Below are positions 29,302 through 43,431 of a stretch of DNA of 64,000 nt, piece after piece. Under the pieces are notes generated by a model. That model did not search any database, was not told where the DNA came from, and was given only the letters and a program-made list of their open reading frames with translations. Both the position numbers and the translations under genes were made by a program. Every line of letters begins with the position of its first letter. Position 1 is the first letter of the stretch. This stretch comes from Burkholderiales bacterium (lineage in GTDB: Bacteria > Pseudomonadota > Gammaproteobacteria > Burkholderiales > Casimicrobiaceae), in assembly GCA_015075645.1 (NCBI GenBank), contig JABTUF010000007.1, positions 300,501-364,500 of the forward strand, given 5' to 3'.

Positions 29302-29378
29302 TGGCGGAGTGGACGGGACTCGAACCCGCGACCCCCGGCGTGACAGGCCGGTATTCTAACCAACTGAACTACCACTCC
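29302..29378 (-). tRNA. tRNA-Asp (GTC)
   Basis: The reverse complement reads GGAGTGGTAGTTCAGTTGGTTAGAATACCGGCCTGTCACGCCGGGGGTCGCGGGTTCGAGTCCCGTCCACTCCGCCA. Confidence 0.9.
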
Positions 29379-29417
29379 TCGTCCGGCACTCGGGCGCTAC
29401 GCGCGCCAGACGGCTGC

Positions 29418-29493
29418 TGGTGGGTGCTGACGGGATCGAACCGCCGACATTCGCCTTGTAAGGGCGACGCTCTACCGGCTGAGCTAAGCACCC
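29418..29493 (-). tRNA. tRNA-Val (TAC)
   Basis: The reverse complement reads GGGTGCTTAGCTCAGCCGGTAGAGCGTCGCCCTTACAAGGCGAATGTCGGCGGTTCGATCCCGTCAGCACCCACCA. Confidence 0.9.
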
Positions 29494-29601
29494 GCGGGTG
29501 CGGTTCCTCGTCGTGCGGCCACCGGCCGCCTCAGGCTGCGCCTGCGTCCTCGCCGCGTGCGCCACCGGTCGCCCGGCGCCGCGCGCATGCTCGGCAGCCC
29601 G

Positions 29602-29874
29602 TTATTTTAGCTCATCCTTCAGCGCCTTGCCAGCCCGGAACCTCGGCACCTTGGCCGAGGGAATCTTGATGGTGTCGCCGGTCCTGGGATTGCGCCCGGC
29701 GCGCGCGGTGCGGCGCCCGACGTAGAACGAGCCGAAGCCTACCAGCGTGACGATGTCGCCCTTCTTGAGCGAACCCTTGATCGAGTTCACCGTCGCGTCG
29801 AGCGCACGCCCGGCGGCGGCCTTCGAGATGTCGGCGTGGCGGGAGATCGCGTCGATCAGGTCGTTCTTGTTCAC
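29602..29874 (-). CDS. hupB: DNA-binding protein HU-beta
   Basis: 90-aa ORF: [11 protein letters not shown]...[40 protein letters not shown]. Confidence 0.9.
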   Translation of the reverse strand: MNKNDLIDAISRHADISKAAAGRALDATVNSIKGSLKKGDIVTLVGFGSFYVGRRTARAGRNPRTGDTIKIPSAKVPRFRAGKALKDELK

Positions 29875-30141
29875 GTGGGTGTCCTCACGGTGGGTGTCGC
29901 CTGCGCGCGGCGTCCGGTGGGGAGCGCACCCGTCGCGGCGGCGTCGGTTCTTCGAACGGGAATGTCGCGGCGCGCGATCGCGCGCCGACGCCGTCGTTAT
30001 AGCGCCCGCGATTTTTCGCTGTCAAGCGGACAATCGCGCGCGCGGCGCGCGCTCGTCAGGCGATGCTTGAAGTTGCGCGCGTTAAGTGGTTGACAAGTCG
30101 CGCGGCGAGCGTTCGCGCGCGGCGACGAGCGGCGTCGGACG

Positions 30142-30184
30142 AAAAAACAACGCGCGCGGGCACGCTTCGTGCGGCCGCGCGCGC
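30142..30184 (-). terminator. rho-independent terminator after lon
   Basis: The minus strand has a GC-rich imperfect hairpin (GCGCGCGGCCGCACG-AAG-CGTGCCCGCGCGC) followed by GTTGTTTTTT, about 30 nt after the stop. Confidence 0.55.
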
Positions 30185-30211
30185 TGCCTTGAACGGCGTC
30201 CGGCGCCGACG

Positions 30212-32653
<2,442 letters not shown>

Positions 32654-32682
32654 CGTGTCCTTCGGGCGGGAGTACCCCCGGA

Positions 32683-32711
32683 ACATGGGGGCGGGAGCAC
32701 CGCCGGGCAAG
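32683..32711 (-). promoter_or_regulatory. sigma32-type heat-shock promoter upstream of lon
   Basis: The minus strand reads CTTGCCC-N14-CCCCATGT, against the consensus CTTGAAA-N13-15-CCCCATNT. The -10 element ends about 30 nt before the ATG. Confidence 0.5.
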
Positions 32712-32910
32712 GCGAGCGCGAGTATGCTGCAAATTCAATGGCTTGAGGCCATGCACGGCGCGCCGAACCGAGGACGCCTCCCGGCCGGAACCCGTGAACC
32801 ATGTCCCCACGGTACCACAGGCCGCCGACCACGCCCGCAGCGGACGCGGCGCCGGCGCGCCGGCAGTCCCGCTGCCGGTTCCGGCGGCGCCGCAGGGTCG
32901 GGAGGGTCTT

Positions 32911-34179
<1,269 letters not shown>

Positions 34180-34213
34180 TCAATGACCTGCGATGGGTAC
34201 CCGAGAACGGACT

Positions 34214-34831
34214 TTACGCCCCGGCGACCCGCTTGTGCAAGACCTGGTCGACGATGCCGTAGTCGCGGGCGGCGTCGGCCCACAGGAAGTTGTCGCGGTC
34301 GTGGTCGCGCTCGACCTGTTCCGCCGGACGCCCGGTGAAGGCGGCCATCTGCGTGATGAAGCGCTTCTTGAGGTCGATCACGTACTGCGCGTGGCGCTCG
34401 ATGTCCGACACCTGGCCCTGGAAGCCGCCCGAAGGCTGGTGGATCATCACCGTCGAGTTGGGCAGCGCGAAGCGCTTGCCCTTCGCGCCGGCGGCGAGCA
34501 GGAAGGCGCCCATCGACGCCGCCATGCCCACGCACATCGTCGAGACGTCCGGCTTGATGAACTGCATCGTGTCGAAGATCGCCATGCCCGCGGAGACCGA
34601 ACCGCCCGGCGAGTTGATGTAGAAATGGATGTCCTTGTCGGGATTCTCGGACTCCAGGAACAGCATCTGTGCGACGATCAGGTTGGCGGTCGCGTCGTTC
34701 ACCGGGCCGACCAGGAAGACGATGCGTTCCTTCAAGAGCCGCGAATAGATGTCGTACGCGCGCTCGCCGCGTCCACTCTGCTCGATGACCATCGGGATCA
34801 GCCCGAGGCCCTGCGGTTCGTGCATGCTCAT
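34214..34831 (-). CDS. clpP: ATP-dependent Clp protease proteolytic subunit
   Basis: The start was chosen at [33 protein letters not shown] inside ORF 34214..34900. Active-site context: [11 protein letters not shown]. Confidence 0.95.
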   Translation of the reverse strand: MSMHEPQGLGLIPMVIEQSGRGERAYDIYSRLLKERIVFLVGPVNDATANLIVAQMLFLESENPDKDIHFYINSPGGSVSAGMAIFDTMQFIKPDVSTMCVGMAASMGAFLLAAGAKGKRFALPNSTVMIHQPSGGFQGQVSDIERHAQYVIDLKKRFITQMAAFTGRPAEQVERDHDRDNFLWADAARDYGIVDQVLHKRVAGA

Positions 34832-34901
34832 CGTTGCTATTTCCCGCGTTGTAGTTGACAAGGCGCCCGCCTCCGGGCGCGGCGCGCCTCCCTCCCGCAC
34901 A

Positions 34902-34930
34902 AGATGGGACGCGCGGGCCCCGACGTCAAG
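34902..34930 (-). promoter_or_regulatory. sigma32-like promoter upstream of clpP
   Basis: The minus strand reads CTTGACG-N14-TCCCATCT in the tig-clpP spacer. Confidence 0.35.
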
Positions 34931-34946
34931 CGGGAGCGCCCGGCAG

Positions 34947-36254
34947 TCAGGCCCGCGCGGGCTCCATCAGCGCCTCGAAGGTCGTCGGTCGGTCGACAAC
35001 GCGGGTGCGCGTCAATACCCAATCCACGACGTTCTTCTCGACTGCGGCGGTCTCGAACTCGGTCAGGCGCTCGGGCTTCTCGTAGTGCCAGCGCACGACG
35101 GCGTCGGGCTGCTCGTAGGTCTGGGCCGCGGCTTCGACGCGGCTTCGCACCTGCTCGCGCGTCGCGGCGAGTCCGTGGTTGCGCACGAGGTCGCCCAGCA
35201 CGAGGCCGATGACCACGCGATCCTCCGCCTGCTGGCGGAACATGTCCGGCGACAGTTTCGCGTCCTCGGGCTTCATGCCCTGGCGGCGCAGGTTCTCGGC
35301 GGCCGCGTCGGCCATCGCCTGCATCTCCTGCTCCACCAGCGATCGCGGCGGCGTGAACGTGGCCTTCGAGCGCAGCGCGACCAGCGCCTGGTCGCGGATC
35401 ACCGTCTCGACCTTGCGCGCGAGTTCGAGTTCGAGATTCTGCGAGATCTCCTTGCGCAGGTCGTCGAGCGAACCCGATGCGACGCCGAAGCCCTTCGCGA
35501 AGGCATCGTCGAGTGCCGGGAGCGTCGGCGCCGAGACGCGCTTCGCGGTCAACGCGAAGCTGGCGCGCTTTCCCGCGACTTCCTTGCCGTGGTAGTCGTC
35601 GGGAAAGACGAGCGGAAACTCGATCGTCTGCCCGGCGCGCACGCCCGAGAGCGCCGCCTCGAACTCGGGCAGCATCCGGCCTTCGCCGAGCGTGATGGTG
35701 AAGTCGCGCGCCTGTCCGCCGGGAAACTCGACGCCGTCGATCGTGCCGGTGAAGTCGACGAGCACGCGATCGCCGTCGGCCGCGCCCCGGTCGACGTCGT
35801 GCCAGGTCGCGTTCTGACGGCGCAGCACCTCGATCGTGCGGTCGACGTCGGCTTCGGTCACGTCGACCTGCGGCCGCTCGACCGTGACGGCCGAGAGATC
35901 CGCGAGCGTGATCTCCGGATAGACCTCGAAGGTCGCGGCGAAGGCGAGTTCGTCGGGCCGGGCCGGATTCGGGGCGGGCTCGATGCGCGGCATCCCGGCG
36001 ATCCGGAGGTTCTGCGCGCGAACGGCGTCGTTGAAACGCGTGTTGACCGCTTCGGTGATCACGTCGGTGCGCACCTGCGGCCCGTACTGCTGCGCCACCA
36101 TCTTGACGGGCACGTGGCCCGGGCGGAAGCCCGGCACCTTCGCGGTGCGGGCGAGGTTCCCCAGGCGTTTCTGGATCTCGCCTTCGATGTCGGCGATGGG
36201 CACGGCGACCTCGATGCGTCGCTCGAGGCCGGATGGGGCGGGAGTCTCGGTCAT
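34947..36254 (-). CDS. tig: trigger factor
   Basis: The start was chosen at [16 protein letters not shown] inside ORF 34947..36407. The FKBP-type middle domain and the tig-clpP-clpX-lon synteny support the call. Confidence 0.9.
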   Translation of the reverse strand: MTETPAPSGLERRIEVAVPIADIEGEIQKRLGNLARTAKVPGFRPGHVPVKMVAQQYGPQVRTDVITEAVNTRFNDAVRAQNLRIAGMPRIEPAPNPARPDELAFAATFEVYPEITLADLSAVTVERPQVDVTEADVDRTIEVLRRQNATWHDVDRGAADGDRVLVDFTGTIDGVEFPGGQARDFTITLGEGRMLPEFEAALSGVRAGQTIEFPLVFPDDYHGKEVAGKRASFALTAKRVSAPTLPALDDAFAKGFGVASGSLDDLRKEISQNLELELARKVETVIRDQALVALRSKATFTPPRSLVEQEMQAMADAAAENLRRQGMKPEDAKLSPDMFRQQAEDRVVIGLVLGDLVRNHGLAATREQVRSRVEAAAQTYEQPDAVVRWHYEKPERLTEFETAAVEKNVVDWVLTRTRVVDRPTTFEALMEPARA

Positions 36255-36377
36255 GTCGGGTTCGTCTTCCGAAGGCGTCTGCGAATCGAGAGGCTCGCGC
36301 GGACGGGGCGTCCACGGCGTGCGTGCTACAGTCGTACCGGACGCGTCACGTCGCGTCGAACGTCGGCGGGCGGTGGC

Positions 36378-36462
36378 TGGTGCGAAAGGGGGGACTCGAA
36401 CCCCCATGGGTTGCCCCGCCGGAACCTAAATCCGGTGCGTCTGCCGATTCCGCCACTTTCGC
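36378..36462 (-). tRNA. tRNA-Leu (TAG)
   Basis: The reverse complement reads GCGAAAGTGGCGGAATCGGCAGACGCACCGGATTTAGGTTCCGGCGGGGCAACCCATGGGGGTTCGAGTCCCCCCTTTCGCACCA, with a long variable arm. Confidence 0.9.
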
Positions 36463-36731
36463 GGCGCACGGGCCCCGCCTCGACTGCTCGTCCCGCCGAA
36501 TCCCGGAACACCACCCCGGCTGCCAAACGGTCAATTATAGCGGAATGCCGACCGACGGGCGATGCGCTCGTCGCGCCCGCACCCTCGCCGATCGCGCCCT
36601 TGGACTCGCCCGACCCCCGTTGCCCGCGCTTCGCGATGTCGCGGGGTCGCCCCCCTGGTCCGTTCACGCGGGTGCGCGCCGCGGCCGTGACGCATCCTGC
36701 CGGTCGTCGGCTGGCGTGGGGGATCTGACCC

Positions 36732-37565
36732 TTGTCCGTCGGCCACTACGAGAATTTCCCGGTCGCCTCCCGCCTCGTGCCTCCGCGCGAGCGTCGCGCG
36801 GTCGTCGCCCTCTATCGGTTCGCGCGAGGCGCGGACGACCTCGCCGACGAGGGCGACGACCCGCCGGCTGTGCGGCTCGCGGCCCTTTCGCGCTACCGGC
36901 GCGCGATCGACGCGATCGCGGGAGGCGTCCGCGACCCGATCCTCGAGGAGGCGCCGTTCGCCGAACTCGGCCGCGCGGTGCGCGAGCACGCGCTCCCCAC
37001 CGCGCCGCTCGCCGACCTCCTCTCCGCGTTCGCCCAGGACGTCACGGTGCATCGCTACCCGGATTTCGCCGCGCTCCGCGACTACACGCGGCGTTCGGCC
37101 GATCCGGTGGGCCGCCTGCTCCTCGCGCTCTACCGCCGCGCGACCGACGGCAATCTCGCGCTCTCCGACGCGATCTGCACCGGCCTGCAGCTCGCGAACT
37201 TCTGGCAGGACGTCGCGATCGACTGGACCAAGGGCCGCGTCTACCTGCCGCAGGACGACCTCGCGCGCCACGGCGTCGCCGAATCGCAGATCGCCGAAGG
37301 ACGTTGCGACGATCGCTGGCGGGAGCTGATGCGGTTCGAATGCGCGCGCGCGCGCGAACTCCTCGTGCGCGGCCGCCCGCTCGCCGCGCGCCTGCCGTGG
37401 AGGATCGGGCTCGAGCTTCGCGCGGTGGTCGCCGGCGGGCTCGCGATCCTCGAACGCATCGACGCGACGGGCGGCGACGTGTTCCGTTTCCGCCCGACGC
37501 TCTCCGGCGCGGACTGGGCGCGGGTCGGGTGGCGGGCGCTCCGCTCGTCGCTCGCCCCGGGCTGA
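36732..37565 (+). CDS. hpnC: hydroxysqualene synthase HpnC (squalene-synthase family)
   Basis: 277-aa ORF with a TTG start, HYENFPVAS and YRFARGADDLADE. Confidence 0.8.
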   Translation: MSVGHYENFPVASRLVPPRERRAVVALYRFARGADDLADEGDDPPAVRLAALSRYRRAIDAIAGGVRDPILEEAPFAELGRAVREHALPTAPLADLLSAFAQDVTVHRYPDFAALRDYTRRSADPVGRLLLALYRRATDGNLALSDAICTGLQLANFWQDVAIDWTKGRVYLPQDDLARHGVAESQIAEGRCDDRWRELMRFECARARELLVRGRPLAARLPWRIGLELRAVVAGGLAILERIDATGGDVFRFRPTLSGADWARVGWRALRSSLAPG

Positions 37566-37599
37566 TCGGGGCGATGCGAAGAGTGCCGGGGAAGCGCAC

Positions 37600-38433
37600 A
37601 TGACGCCCGACGAATACTGCGCCTCGAAGGCCGCGCGGAGCGGCTCGTCGTTCTACTACAGCTTCCGCCTGCTGCCGGAGGATCGGCGGCGCGCGATCAC
37701 CGCGCTCTACGCGTACTGCCGCGAGGTCGACGACGTCGTCGACGAAGTCCACGATCCCGTCGTGGCGCGCGCGAAGCTCGCGTGGTGGCGGCTCGAGGTC
37801 GCGTCGATCTTCGGAGGAACCCCGGCGCATCCGGTGGCGCAGGCGCTCGTGCCGGTCGTGCGAAAGCACGGCCTCGTGCGCGACCAGCTCGAGGCGGTGA
37901 TCGACGGCATGACGATGGATCTCGACCAGGTCCGCTACGCCGACTTCGCCGACCTCGAGCGTTACTGCCATCGTGTCGCCGGCGTCGTCGGGCTGATGTC
38001 GGCCGAGATCTTCGGCTACGAGGATGCGGCGACGCGCGGCTTCGCGCGCGACCTGGGCATCGCGTTCCAGCTCACCAACATCGTTCGCGACGTCGGCGAG
38101 GACGCGAGGCGCGGCCGCATCTACCTTCCCACGGACGAACTCGCGCGCTTCGGCGTGAGCGCGTCGGCGATCCAGGCCGCGAGGATGGAGCCCGGGTTCG
38201 TCGAACTCATGCGTTTCCAGATCGCACGCGCGCGAAGCTGGTACGACCGCGCGATGGGACAGCTCGCCGCGCGCGATCGGAAGTCGCAGCGCCCGAGCCT
38301 CGCGATGGCGGCGATCTACCGGACGCTTCTGGACGAGATCGAGCGCGACGGCTGCCGCGTGCTCGATCGGCGCATCGCGCTCACGCCGCTGCGCAAGCTG
38401 TGGATCGCGTGGCGGGTCGCGCGGACGGGCTGA
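37600..38433 (+). CDS. hpnD: presqualene diphosphate synthase HpnD
   Basis: 277-aa ORF with SSFYYSFRLLP and YAYCREVDDVVDE. Confidence 0.8.
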   Translation: MTPDEYCASKAARSGSSFYYSFRLLPEDRRRAITALYAYCREVDDVVDEVHDPVVARAKLAWWRLEVASIFGGTPAHPVAQALVPVVRKHGLVRDQLEAVIDGMTMDLDQVRYADFADLERYCHRVAGVVGLMSAEIFGYEDAATRGFARDLGIAFQLTNIVRDVGEDARRGRIYLPTDELARFGVSASAIQAARMEPGFVELMRFQIARARSWYDRAMGQLAARDRKSQRPSLAMAAIYRTLLDEIERDGCRVLDRRIALTPLRKLWIAWRVARTG

Positions 38434-38453
38434 TCGTGGGAGCCGCCGCCTCG

Positions 38454-39815
38454 ATGCGCCCGCGCGTGTCCGCGCCGGTCGCCGTGATCGGCGGCGGATG
38501 GGCGGGCTGCGCCGCCGCGTGGACGCTCGCGAGCCGCGGCATCCCGGTGGTGCTGCACGAAGCCGCGCCGGTGCTGGGAGGCCGCGCACGGCGCGTGGAG
38601 CGCGCCGGCATTCCGATCGACAACGGGCAGCACCTGATCGTCGGCGCCTACGAATCCACGCGCACGCTCCTGCGGAGGGTGCACGGCGGACGCGTCGATC
38701 CCGGATTGCTGCGCCAACGGCTCGCGATCGTGCCGTTCGCGCCGGACTCGGGTTCGCTCGCGCTGCGGGCACCCCGCCTCGCGCCGCCGTGGAACCTCGC
38801 GACGGCCCTCGCGCTCGCCCGGGGACCGCGGCTTTCCGAACGCGTCGACGCGCTGAGGTGGCTTCGCACCCTCCACCTCTCGGGCTTCGAACGCGACGGC
38901 GGCGAGACCGTCGACGCCATGCTCTCGTCGCTCCCGCCGCGTATCGCCCGCGGCCTGTTCGCTCCGCTCGCGCTCGCGGCGCTCAACACGCCGACCTCCC
39001 GGGCGTCCGCGCGCGTCTATGCGCATCTGCTCGATCGCATATCGCGCGCGCCGGGCGGATCGGACTTCCTGCTGCCGATCCTCGATCTGTCCGAACTCCT
39101 GCCGGAACCCACCGCGCGGCGCATCGAGGCCCGCGGCGGCGAGGTGCGGCTGCGTTCGGGCGCCATCGTCGTCGCGGCGTCGGACGACGGCGTGGACATC
39201 CGCTCGGGAGGAGCCACCTGGCGCGCCGCGGCGGCGATCGTCGCCGTGGGCCCGCACCAGCTCGGCCACGCGCTCGCTCCCGGATTGGCCGAGCTGCCCG
39301 CCGCCGTCGATGCGCTCGCGGCGGTCGGCGCGATGCGCTACGAGCCGACGGCCACGATCTACCTGGGGTTCCGCGAGCGGCTTCGCCTGCGCTCCCGCAT
39401 CCACCGCCTCGACGACGCGCCGGGCCAATGGCTCTTCGATCGCCGCGACGTCCTCGAACGCGCACCGGAAGCGGCCGCGGCGCGCGTACTGCGCGGTCTG
39501 GTCGCGGTCGTGATCTCCGCAGGAGGCGCGCACGACGATCTCGACGCCAAGGCGCTCGCGGGACGCGTGCACATGCAGTTGAAACGCCTGCGAGCGTCGT
39601 TCCCGGTACCGGTGTGGTCGCAGGTCATCGTCGAGCGGCGGTCGACGTTCGCCTGCGTGCCCGGACTGCGCCGGCCCGCTTCGCCGGTGCTCGGGCCGCG
39701 CCTCCACCTCGCCGGCGACTACCTCGATCCTGCGCTCCCCGCGACACTGGAAGCCGCGGTCGCGAGCGGCGAGGCCGCAGGGCATGCCGTGGCGCGCGCG
39801 CTGCGCCACGGATGA
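38454..39815 (+). CDS. hpnE: hydroxysqualene dehydroxylase HpnE (FAD-dependent)
   Basis: Starts MRPRVSAPVAVIGGGWAGCAAAW (Rossmann GxGxxG) inside ORF 37782..39815. An alternative GTG start is at 38436. Confidence 0.7.
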   Translation: MRPRVSAPVAVIGGGWAGCAAAWTLASRGIPVVLHEAAPVLGGRARRVERAGIPIDNGQHLIVGAYESTRTLLRRVHGGRVDPGLLRQRLAIVPFAPDSGSLALRAPRLAPPWNLATALALARGPRLSERVDALRWLRTLHLSGFERDGGETVDAMLSSLPPRIARGLFAPLALAALNTPTSRASARVYAHLLDRISRAPGGSDFLLPILDLSELLPEPTARRIEARGGEVRLRSGAIVVAASDDGVDIRSGGATWRAAAAIVAVGPHQLGHALAPGLAELPAAVDALAAVGAMRYEPTATIYLGFRERLRLRSRIHRLDDAPGQWLFDRRDVLERAPEAAAARVLRGLVAVVISAGGAHDDLDAKALAGRVHMQLKRLRASFPVPVWSQVIVERRSTFACVPGLRRPASPVLGPRLHLAGDYLDPALPATLEAAVASGEAAGHAVARALRHG

Positions 39816-39872
39816 CCGCGGTTGCGGTCGCGTGCTCGACCTGCCGGCATGACGTGACGGCGATGCGGCGGA

Positions 39873-41519
39873 TCAGAGCTTCCGGGCGCGCTCGCGAAGC
39901 TGGAATTTCTGGATCTTGCCGGTCGAGGTCTTCGGCAGCGGGCCGAACACGACGGTCTTCGGCGTCTTGAAGGCGGCGAGGCGCTCACGGCACCACGCGA
40001 TGATCTCCCCGGCGCTCGCCTCGCCGGCGTCCGGCTTCAGCGTCACGAACGCGCAGGGCGATTCGCCCCAGCGTTCGTCCGGCCGCGCCACGACCGCGGC
40101 TTCCATCACCTTCGGATGGCGGTAGAGACACTCCTCGACCTCGAGCGAACTCACGTTCTCGCCTCCGGTGATGATGATGTCCTTGCTGCGGTCGCGAACC
40201 TCGGCGTAACCGTCCGGATGCCAGACCGCGAGATCCCCGGTGGAGAGCCACCCGTGCTCGAACGCCTTCGCCGTCGCTTTCGGATTCTTGAGGTAGCCCT
40301 TCATGATCGTGTTGCCGCGGAGCATCACCTCGCCCATCGTCGCGCCGTCGCGCGGCACGCTCGCGCCGGTCGCGGGATCGGCGACCCTGACCGAGGCGAG
40401 CGTGGGCATGGCGACGCCCTGCCGCGCCATCCTGCGCGCGCGTTCGGCGAGCGGCAAACCCTCCCAGTCGCCCTGCGGCACGCACAGCATCGCAGGGCCG
40501 TAGGTTTCCGTGAGGCCGTACAGATGGGTCACGCGGAAGCCCATCGCCTCCATCGCCTCGATCACCGCGGAGGGCGGCGCCGCGCCGCCGGTGGCGACCT
40601 CCACGCGCTGGTCGAAGGCGAGTTTCGCCTCCGCCGGCGCGTGGATCAGCATCGACAGCACGACCGGCGCGCCGCACAGGTGCGTGACGCGGTGGTCGCG
40701 GATCGCGCGGAACACCGCCGCCGGCTCGACCCGCCGGAGGCACACGTGCGTGCCGCCCGCCGCGGTGACCGCCCAGGTGAAGGTCCAGCCGTTGCAGTGG
40801 AACATCGGCAGCGTCCACAGGTAGACGCTGTCCGCGGAAAGCCGCATCGCGAGCGCATTGCCGAGCGCGTTCAGGTACGCGCCGCGGTGGTGATAGACGA
40901 CCCCCTTCGGGTCGCCGGTGGTGCCCGACGTGTAGAGCAGCGCGAGCGAATCCCACTCGTCGATCGGGCCGGGCCATTCGAACCGCGGATCGCCCTCCCG
41001 CAGCAGCGACTCGTAGGCCACGTCGCCCAGGCGCTCTCCGCCCGGACCCTCCGGATCGTCGATGTCGACGACGAAGATGTCGCGGCCGAGCCGCGAGAGC
41101 GCCTCGCGCATGACCGGCGCGAACTCCGGATCGGTCACGAGCGCCTTCGCCTCGCCGTGGTCGAGGCAGAACGCGAGCGTGGCCGCGTCGAGCCGCACGT
41201 TGAGCGCGTTCAGGACCGCGCCCAGCGCGGGGACCGCGTAGTGCAGTTCGAGCAGCGCGGGAATGTTGGGCGCCATCACCGCCACGGCGTCGCCGCGACG
41301 GATGCCGCGCCGCGCGAGCGCGCTCGCGAGCCTTCGCGCGCGCTCGCCGAACTCGCGGTAGGTAAATGCGAGCCTCCCGTGCCGGACGGCGACCCGGTCG
41401 GCCCACACCTCGGCCGCGCGTTCGAGGAAGCACACCGGCGTGAGCGCGACGTGGTTCGCCGCACCGACCGCGAGGTCGCGCACGAACGGGTGGTCTCCGG
41501 GCAGCGGGCCGTCGCTCAC
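39873..41519 (-). CDS. AMP-dependent acyl-CoA synthetase/ligase
   Basis: Lies inside ORF 39873..42062, with a GTG start at VSDGPLPG. Motifs: LLYTSGTTGDPKGV and GWLSTGDLAV...DRSKDIIITGGENV. Confidence 0.8.
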   Translation of the reverse strand: MSDGPLPGDHPFVRDLAVGAANHVALTPVCFLERAAEVWADRVAVRHGRLAFTYREFGERARRLASALARRGIRRGDAVAVMAPNIPALLELHYAVPALGAVLNALNVRLDAATLAFCLDHGEAKALVTDPEFAPVMREALSRLGRDIFVVDIDDPEGPGGERLGDVAYESLLREGDPRFEWPGPIDEWDSLALLYTSGTTGDPKGVVYHHRGAYLNALGNALAMRLSADSVYLWTLPMFHCNGWTFTWAVTAAGGTHVCLRRVEPAAVFRAIRDHRVTHLCGAPVVLSMLIHAPAEAKLAFDQRVEVATGGAAPPSAVIEAMEAMGFRVTHLYGLTETYGPAMLCVPQGDWEGLPLAERARRMARQGVAMPTLASVRVADPATGASVPRDGATMGEVMLRGNTIMKGYLKNPKATAKAFEHGWLSTGDLAVWHPDGYAEVRDRSKDIIITGGENVSSLEVEECLYRHPKVMEAAVVARPDERWGESPCAFVTLKPDAGEASAGEIIAWCRERLAAFKTPKTVVFGPLPKTSTGKIQKFQLRERARKL

Positions 41520-41560
41520 GTGCTCTCCTGCGGCGGGGGCGGTCGATTCCGGCGGCCGCG

Positions 41561-42025
41561 TCAACCGGTGCGCCCGGTCCGCGTCCGCTCCCGCAGCAAC
41601 CGCTGCTGTTCGCGGCCCCATTCGCGTTCGCGGATCGAGTCGCGCTTGTCGTGCTGTTTCTTGCCCTTCGCGAGGCCGACCTCGAGCTTGATCATCCCGC
41701 GCTTGTAGTGCAGGTCGATCGGGACGAGCGTGTAGCCGGCGCGCTCGACGCGGCCGATGAACCGGTTGATCTCGTCGCGGCGCATCAGGAGCCGCCGCGT
41801 GCGGGTCGGATCCGCGTGCACGTGCGTCGACGCCTGGGCGAGCGGCGAGATGTGCGCACCGACGAGCGACACCGCGCCGTCCTTGACGACGACGTAGGCC
41901 TCCTTCAGGTTCGCGCGGCCGGCCCGGATGGCCTTCACCTCCCAGCCTTCGAGCGCGAGCCCGGCCTCGACGCGTTCCTCGATAAAATAGTCGTGGAACG
42001 CCTTCCGGTTCTCGACGATGCTCAT
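41561..42025 (-). CDS. smpB: SsrA-binding protein
   Basis: 154-aa ORF: [29 protein letters not shown]... Confidence 0.9.
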   Translation of the reverse strand: MSIVENRKAFHDYFIEERVEAGLALEGWEVKAIRAGRANLKEAYVVVKDGAVSLVGAHISPLAQASTHVHADPTRTRRLLMRRDEINRFIGRVERAGYTLVPIDLHYKRGMIKLEVGLAKGKKQHDKRDSIREREWGREQQRLLRERTRTGRTG

Positions 42026-42051
42026 GGCCGGATTGTAACGCCCGCCTTCCG

Positions 42052-42489
42052 ATGAAACGCATCTGCCACTCGGTGCTCGTCCCCTACTCGGCGCAGGAGA
42101 TGTACGCGCTGGTCGACCACATCGAGCGCTATCCCGAGTTCCTGCCGTGGTGCGCGGGCGCCCAGGTGACGGCGCAGGCGGACGGCGCGAAGCGGGCGCG
42201 CCTCGACATCGACTACCACGGCATCCGGGCGCACTTCACGACGTCGAACGTCAACAGCAGCGGCGCGTCGATCGTGGTGACGCTCGTCGACGGGCCGTTC
42301 CGGCACCTGCACGGCGAGTGGCGCTTTCGTGCGTTGGCGGAGGCGGCGTCCAAGGTCGAACTCGAACTCGCCTACGAGTTCGCGAGCGGCCTCCTCGAAC
42401 GCGCGGTCGGTCCGGTCTTCGACCACATCGCCTCGACCTTCGTCGAGGCCTTCGTGCGTCGCGCGGGCGAGGCGTACGGCGAGCGATGA
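42052..42489 (+). CDS. ratA: SRPBCC-fold RatA/COQ10-like protein
   Basis: 145-aa ORF divergent from smpB, as in many proteobacteria. It contains YPEFLPWC. Confidence 0.7.
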   Translation: MKRICHSVLVPYSAQEMYALVDHIERYPEFLPWCAGAQVTAQADGAKRARLDIDYHGIRAHFTTSNVNSSGASIVVTLVDGPFRHLHGEWRFRALAEAASKVELELAYEFASGLLERAVGPVFDHIASTFVEAFVRRAGEAYGER

Positions 42490-42806
42490 CGTCGATCCGG
42501 ATCGCGGTGGCCTGGGCGTCCGCGGCGGCGCAGGAAGTCGTCGACGTGACGCTGCCCGCGGGCGCCACGGTGGCCGACGCGATCGCCGCGAGCGACGCGC
42601 TCGTCCGCGCCGGCGTCGACGCGAAGATCGCCGGCTATGCGATCTTCGGCCAGGCCGCGCGGTCAGACACGCCGCTCCGCGATGGCGATCGGGTCGAGGT
42701 CACCCGCCCGCTCGTCGCCGATCCGAAGGCCCTGAGGCGCTCCCGCGCGAGGGACCGCCCGCTTGCGCCCGCGCGCCCGCGTCGGCTCGTTGGCAACCGT
42801 TCCTGA
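42486..42806 (+). CDS. rnfH: RnfH-family ubiquitin-fold protein
   Basis: [33 protein letters not shown]...[10 protein letters not shown] inside ORF 42147..42806. 4-nt overlap with ratA. Confidence 0.7.
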   Translation: MTSIRIAVAWASAAAQEVVDVTLPAGATVADAIAASDALVRAGVDAKIAGYAIFGQAARSDTPLRDGDRVEVTRPLVADPKALRRSRARDRPLAPARPRRLVGNRS

Positions 42807-42843
42807 CCGCCACGGCTGGCGCGGCCAGCCGACTTCGGCCACA

Positions 42844-43431
42844 ATGCGCGGCCCGATGGCCCGCATCTCCGCCCTGCCCGTCCTCGCCCTCGCCGCCGTG
42901 CTCACGGCCGCGCCCGTGCGCGCCGACGTCGCGACCGCGGACGGGGCCGCACCCGCGCTCTCTCCGGTGGAAACCGTCTGGCGCGGCACCCAGGACCTCG
43001 CGATCTACGCGTTGGGACTCCTCGGCGTCCGCTACCGCTACGGTGGGGAATCGCCCGAGCGCGGCCTCGACTGCAGCGGGCTCGTGCGCTACGTGTTCGG
43101 GCAGGTCACCGGCGTCACGCTGCCGCGCACGTCGCGCGAACTCGCGAAGGTGGGCGCGCCGGTCATGCGCGACGACCTGCAGGTGGGCGACCTCGTGTTC
43201 TTCGACACCCGCCGGTTCGCGTTCTCGCACGTCGGCATCTACCTCGGCGACGACCGGTTCATCCATGCGCCGTCGCGCGGCAGCGAAGTCCAGATCTCCG
43301 AACTCGACAACCGCTACTGGCGCCGGCATTTCAACGGCGCCCGCCGGCTGATCGGCGTCCTGCCGGGCCTCATTCCGGAGGCTGCGGCGGGGGTGCCCGT
43401 CGCCGCGCCTGCCGCGGCGCTCGAACGCTAG
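42844..43431 (+). CDS. NlpC/P60 (C40) cell-wall peptidase with signal peptide
   Basis: Contains GVRYRYGGESPERGLDCSGLVRYVF...SHVGIYLGDDRFIHAP inside ORF 42763..43431. Confidence 0.8.
   Translation: MRGPMARISALPVLALAAVLTAAPVRADVATADGAAPALSPVETVWRGTQDLAIYALGLLGVRYRYGGESPERGLDCSGLVRYVFGQVTGVTLPRTSRELAKVGAPVMRDDLQVGDLVFFDTRRFAFSHVGIYLGDDRFIHAPSRGSEVQISELDNRYWRRHFNGARRLIGVLPGLIPEAAAGVPVAAPAAALER

Noticed and set aside
26848-29343. 831-aa plus-strand ORF
   Set aside because: It is antisense to the well-supported ppiD gene, and its translation is Arg/Pro/Ala/Gly-rich low complexity. This is a typical shadow ORF of high-GC DNA.
34837-36315. 492-aa minus-strand ORF overlapping tig
   Set aside because: It is in the wrong frame relative to trigger factor, and its composition is Arg/Gly/Pro/Ala-rich.
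41520-42062. tmRNA (ssrA) next to smpB
   Set aside because: I could not find a tRNA-Ala-like acceptor/T-arm or a tag-reading-frame structure in the flanks of smpB.
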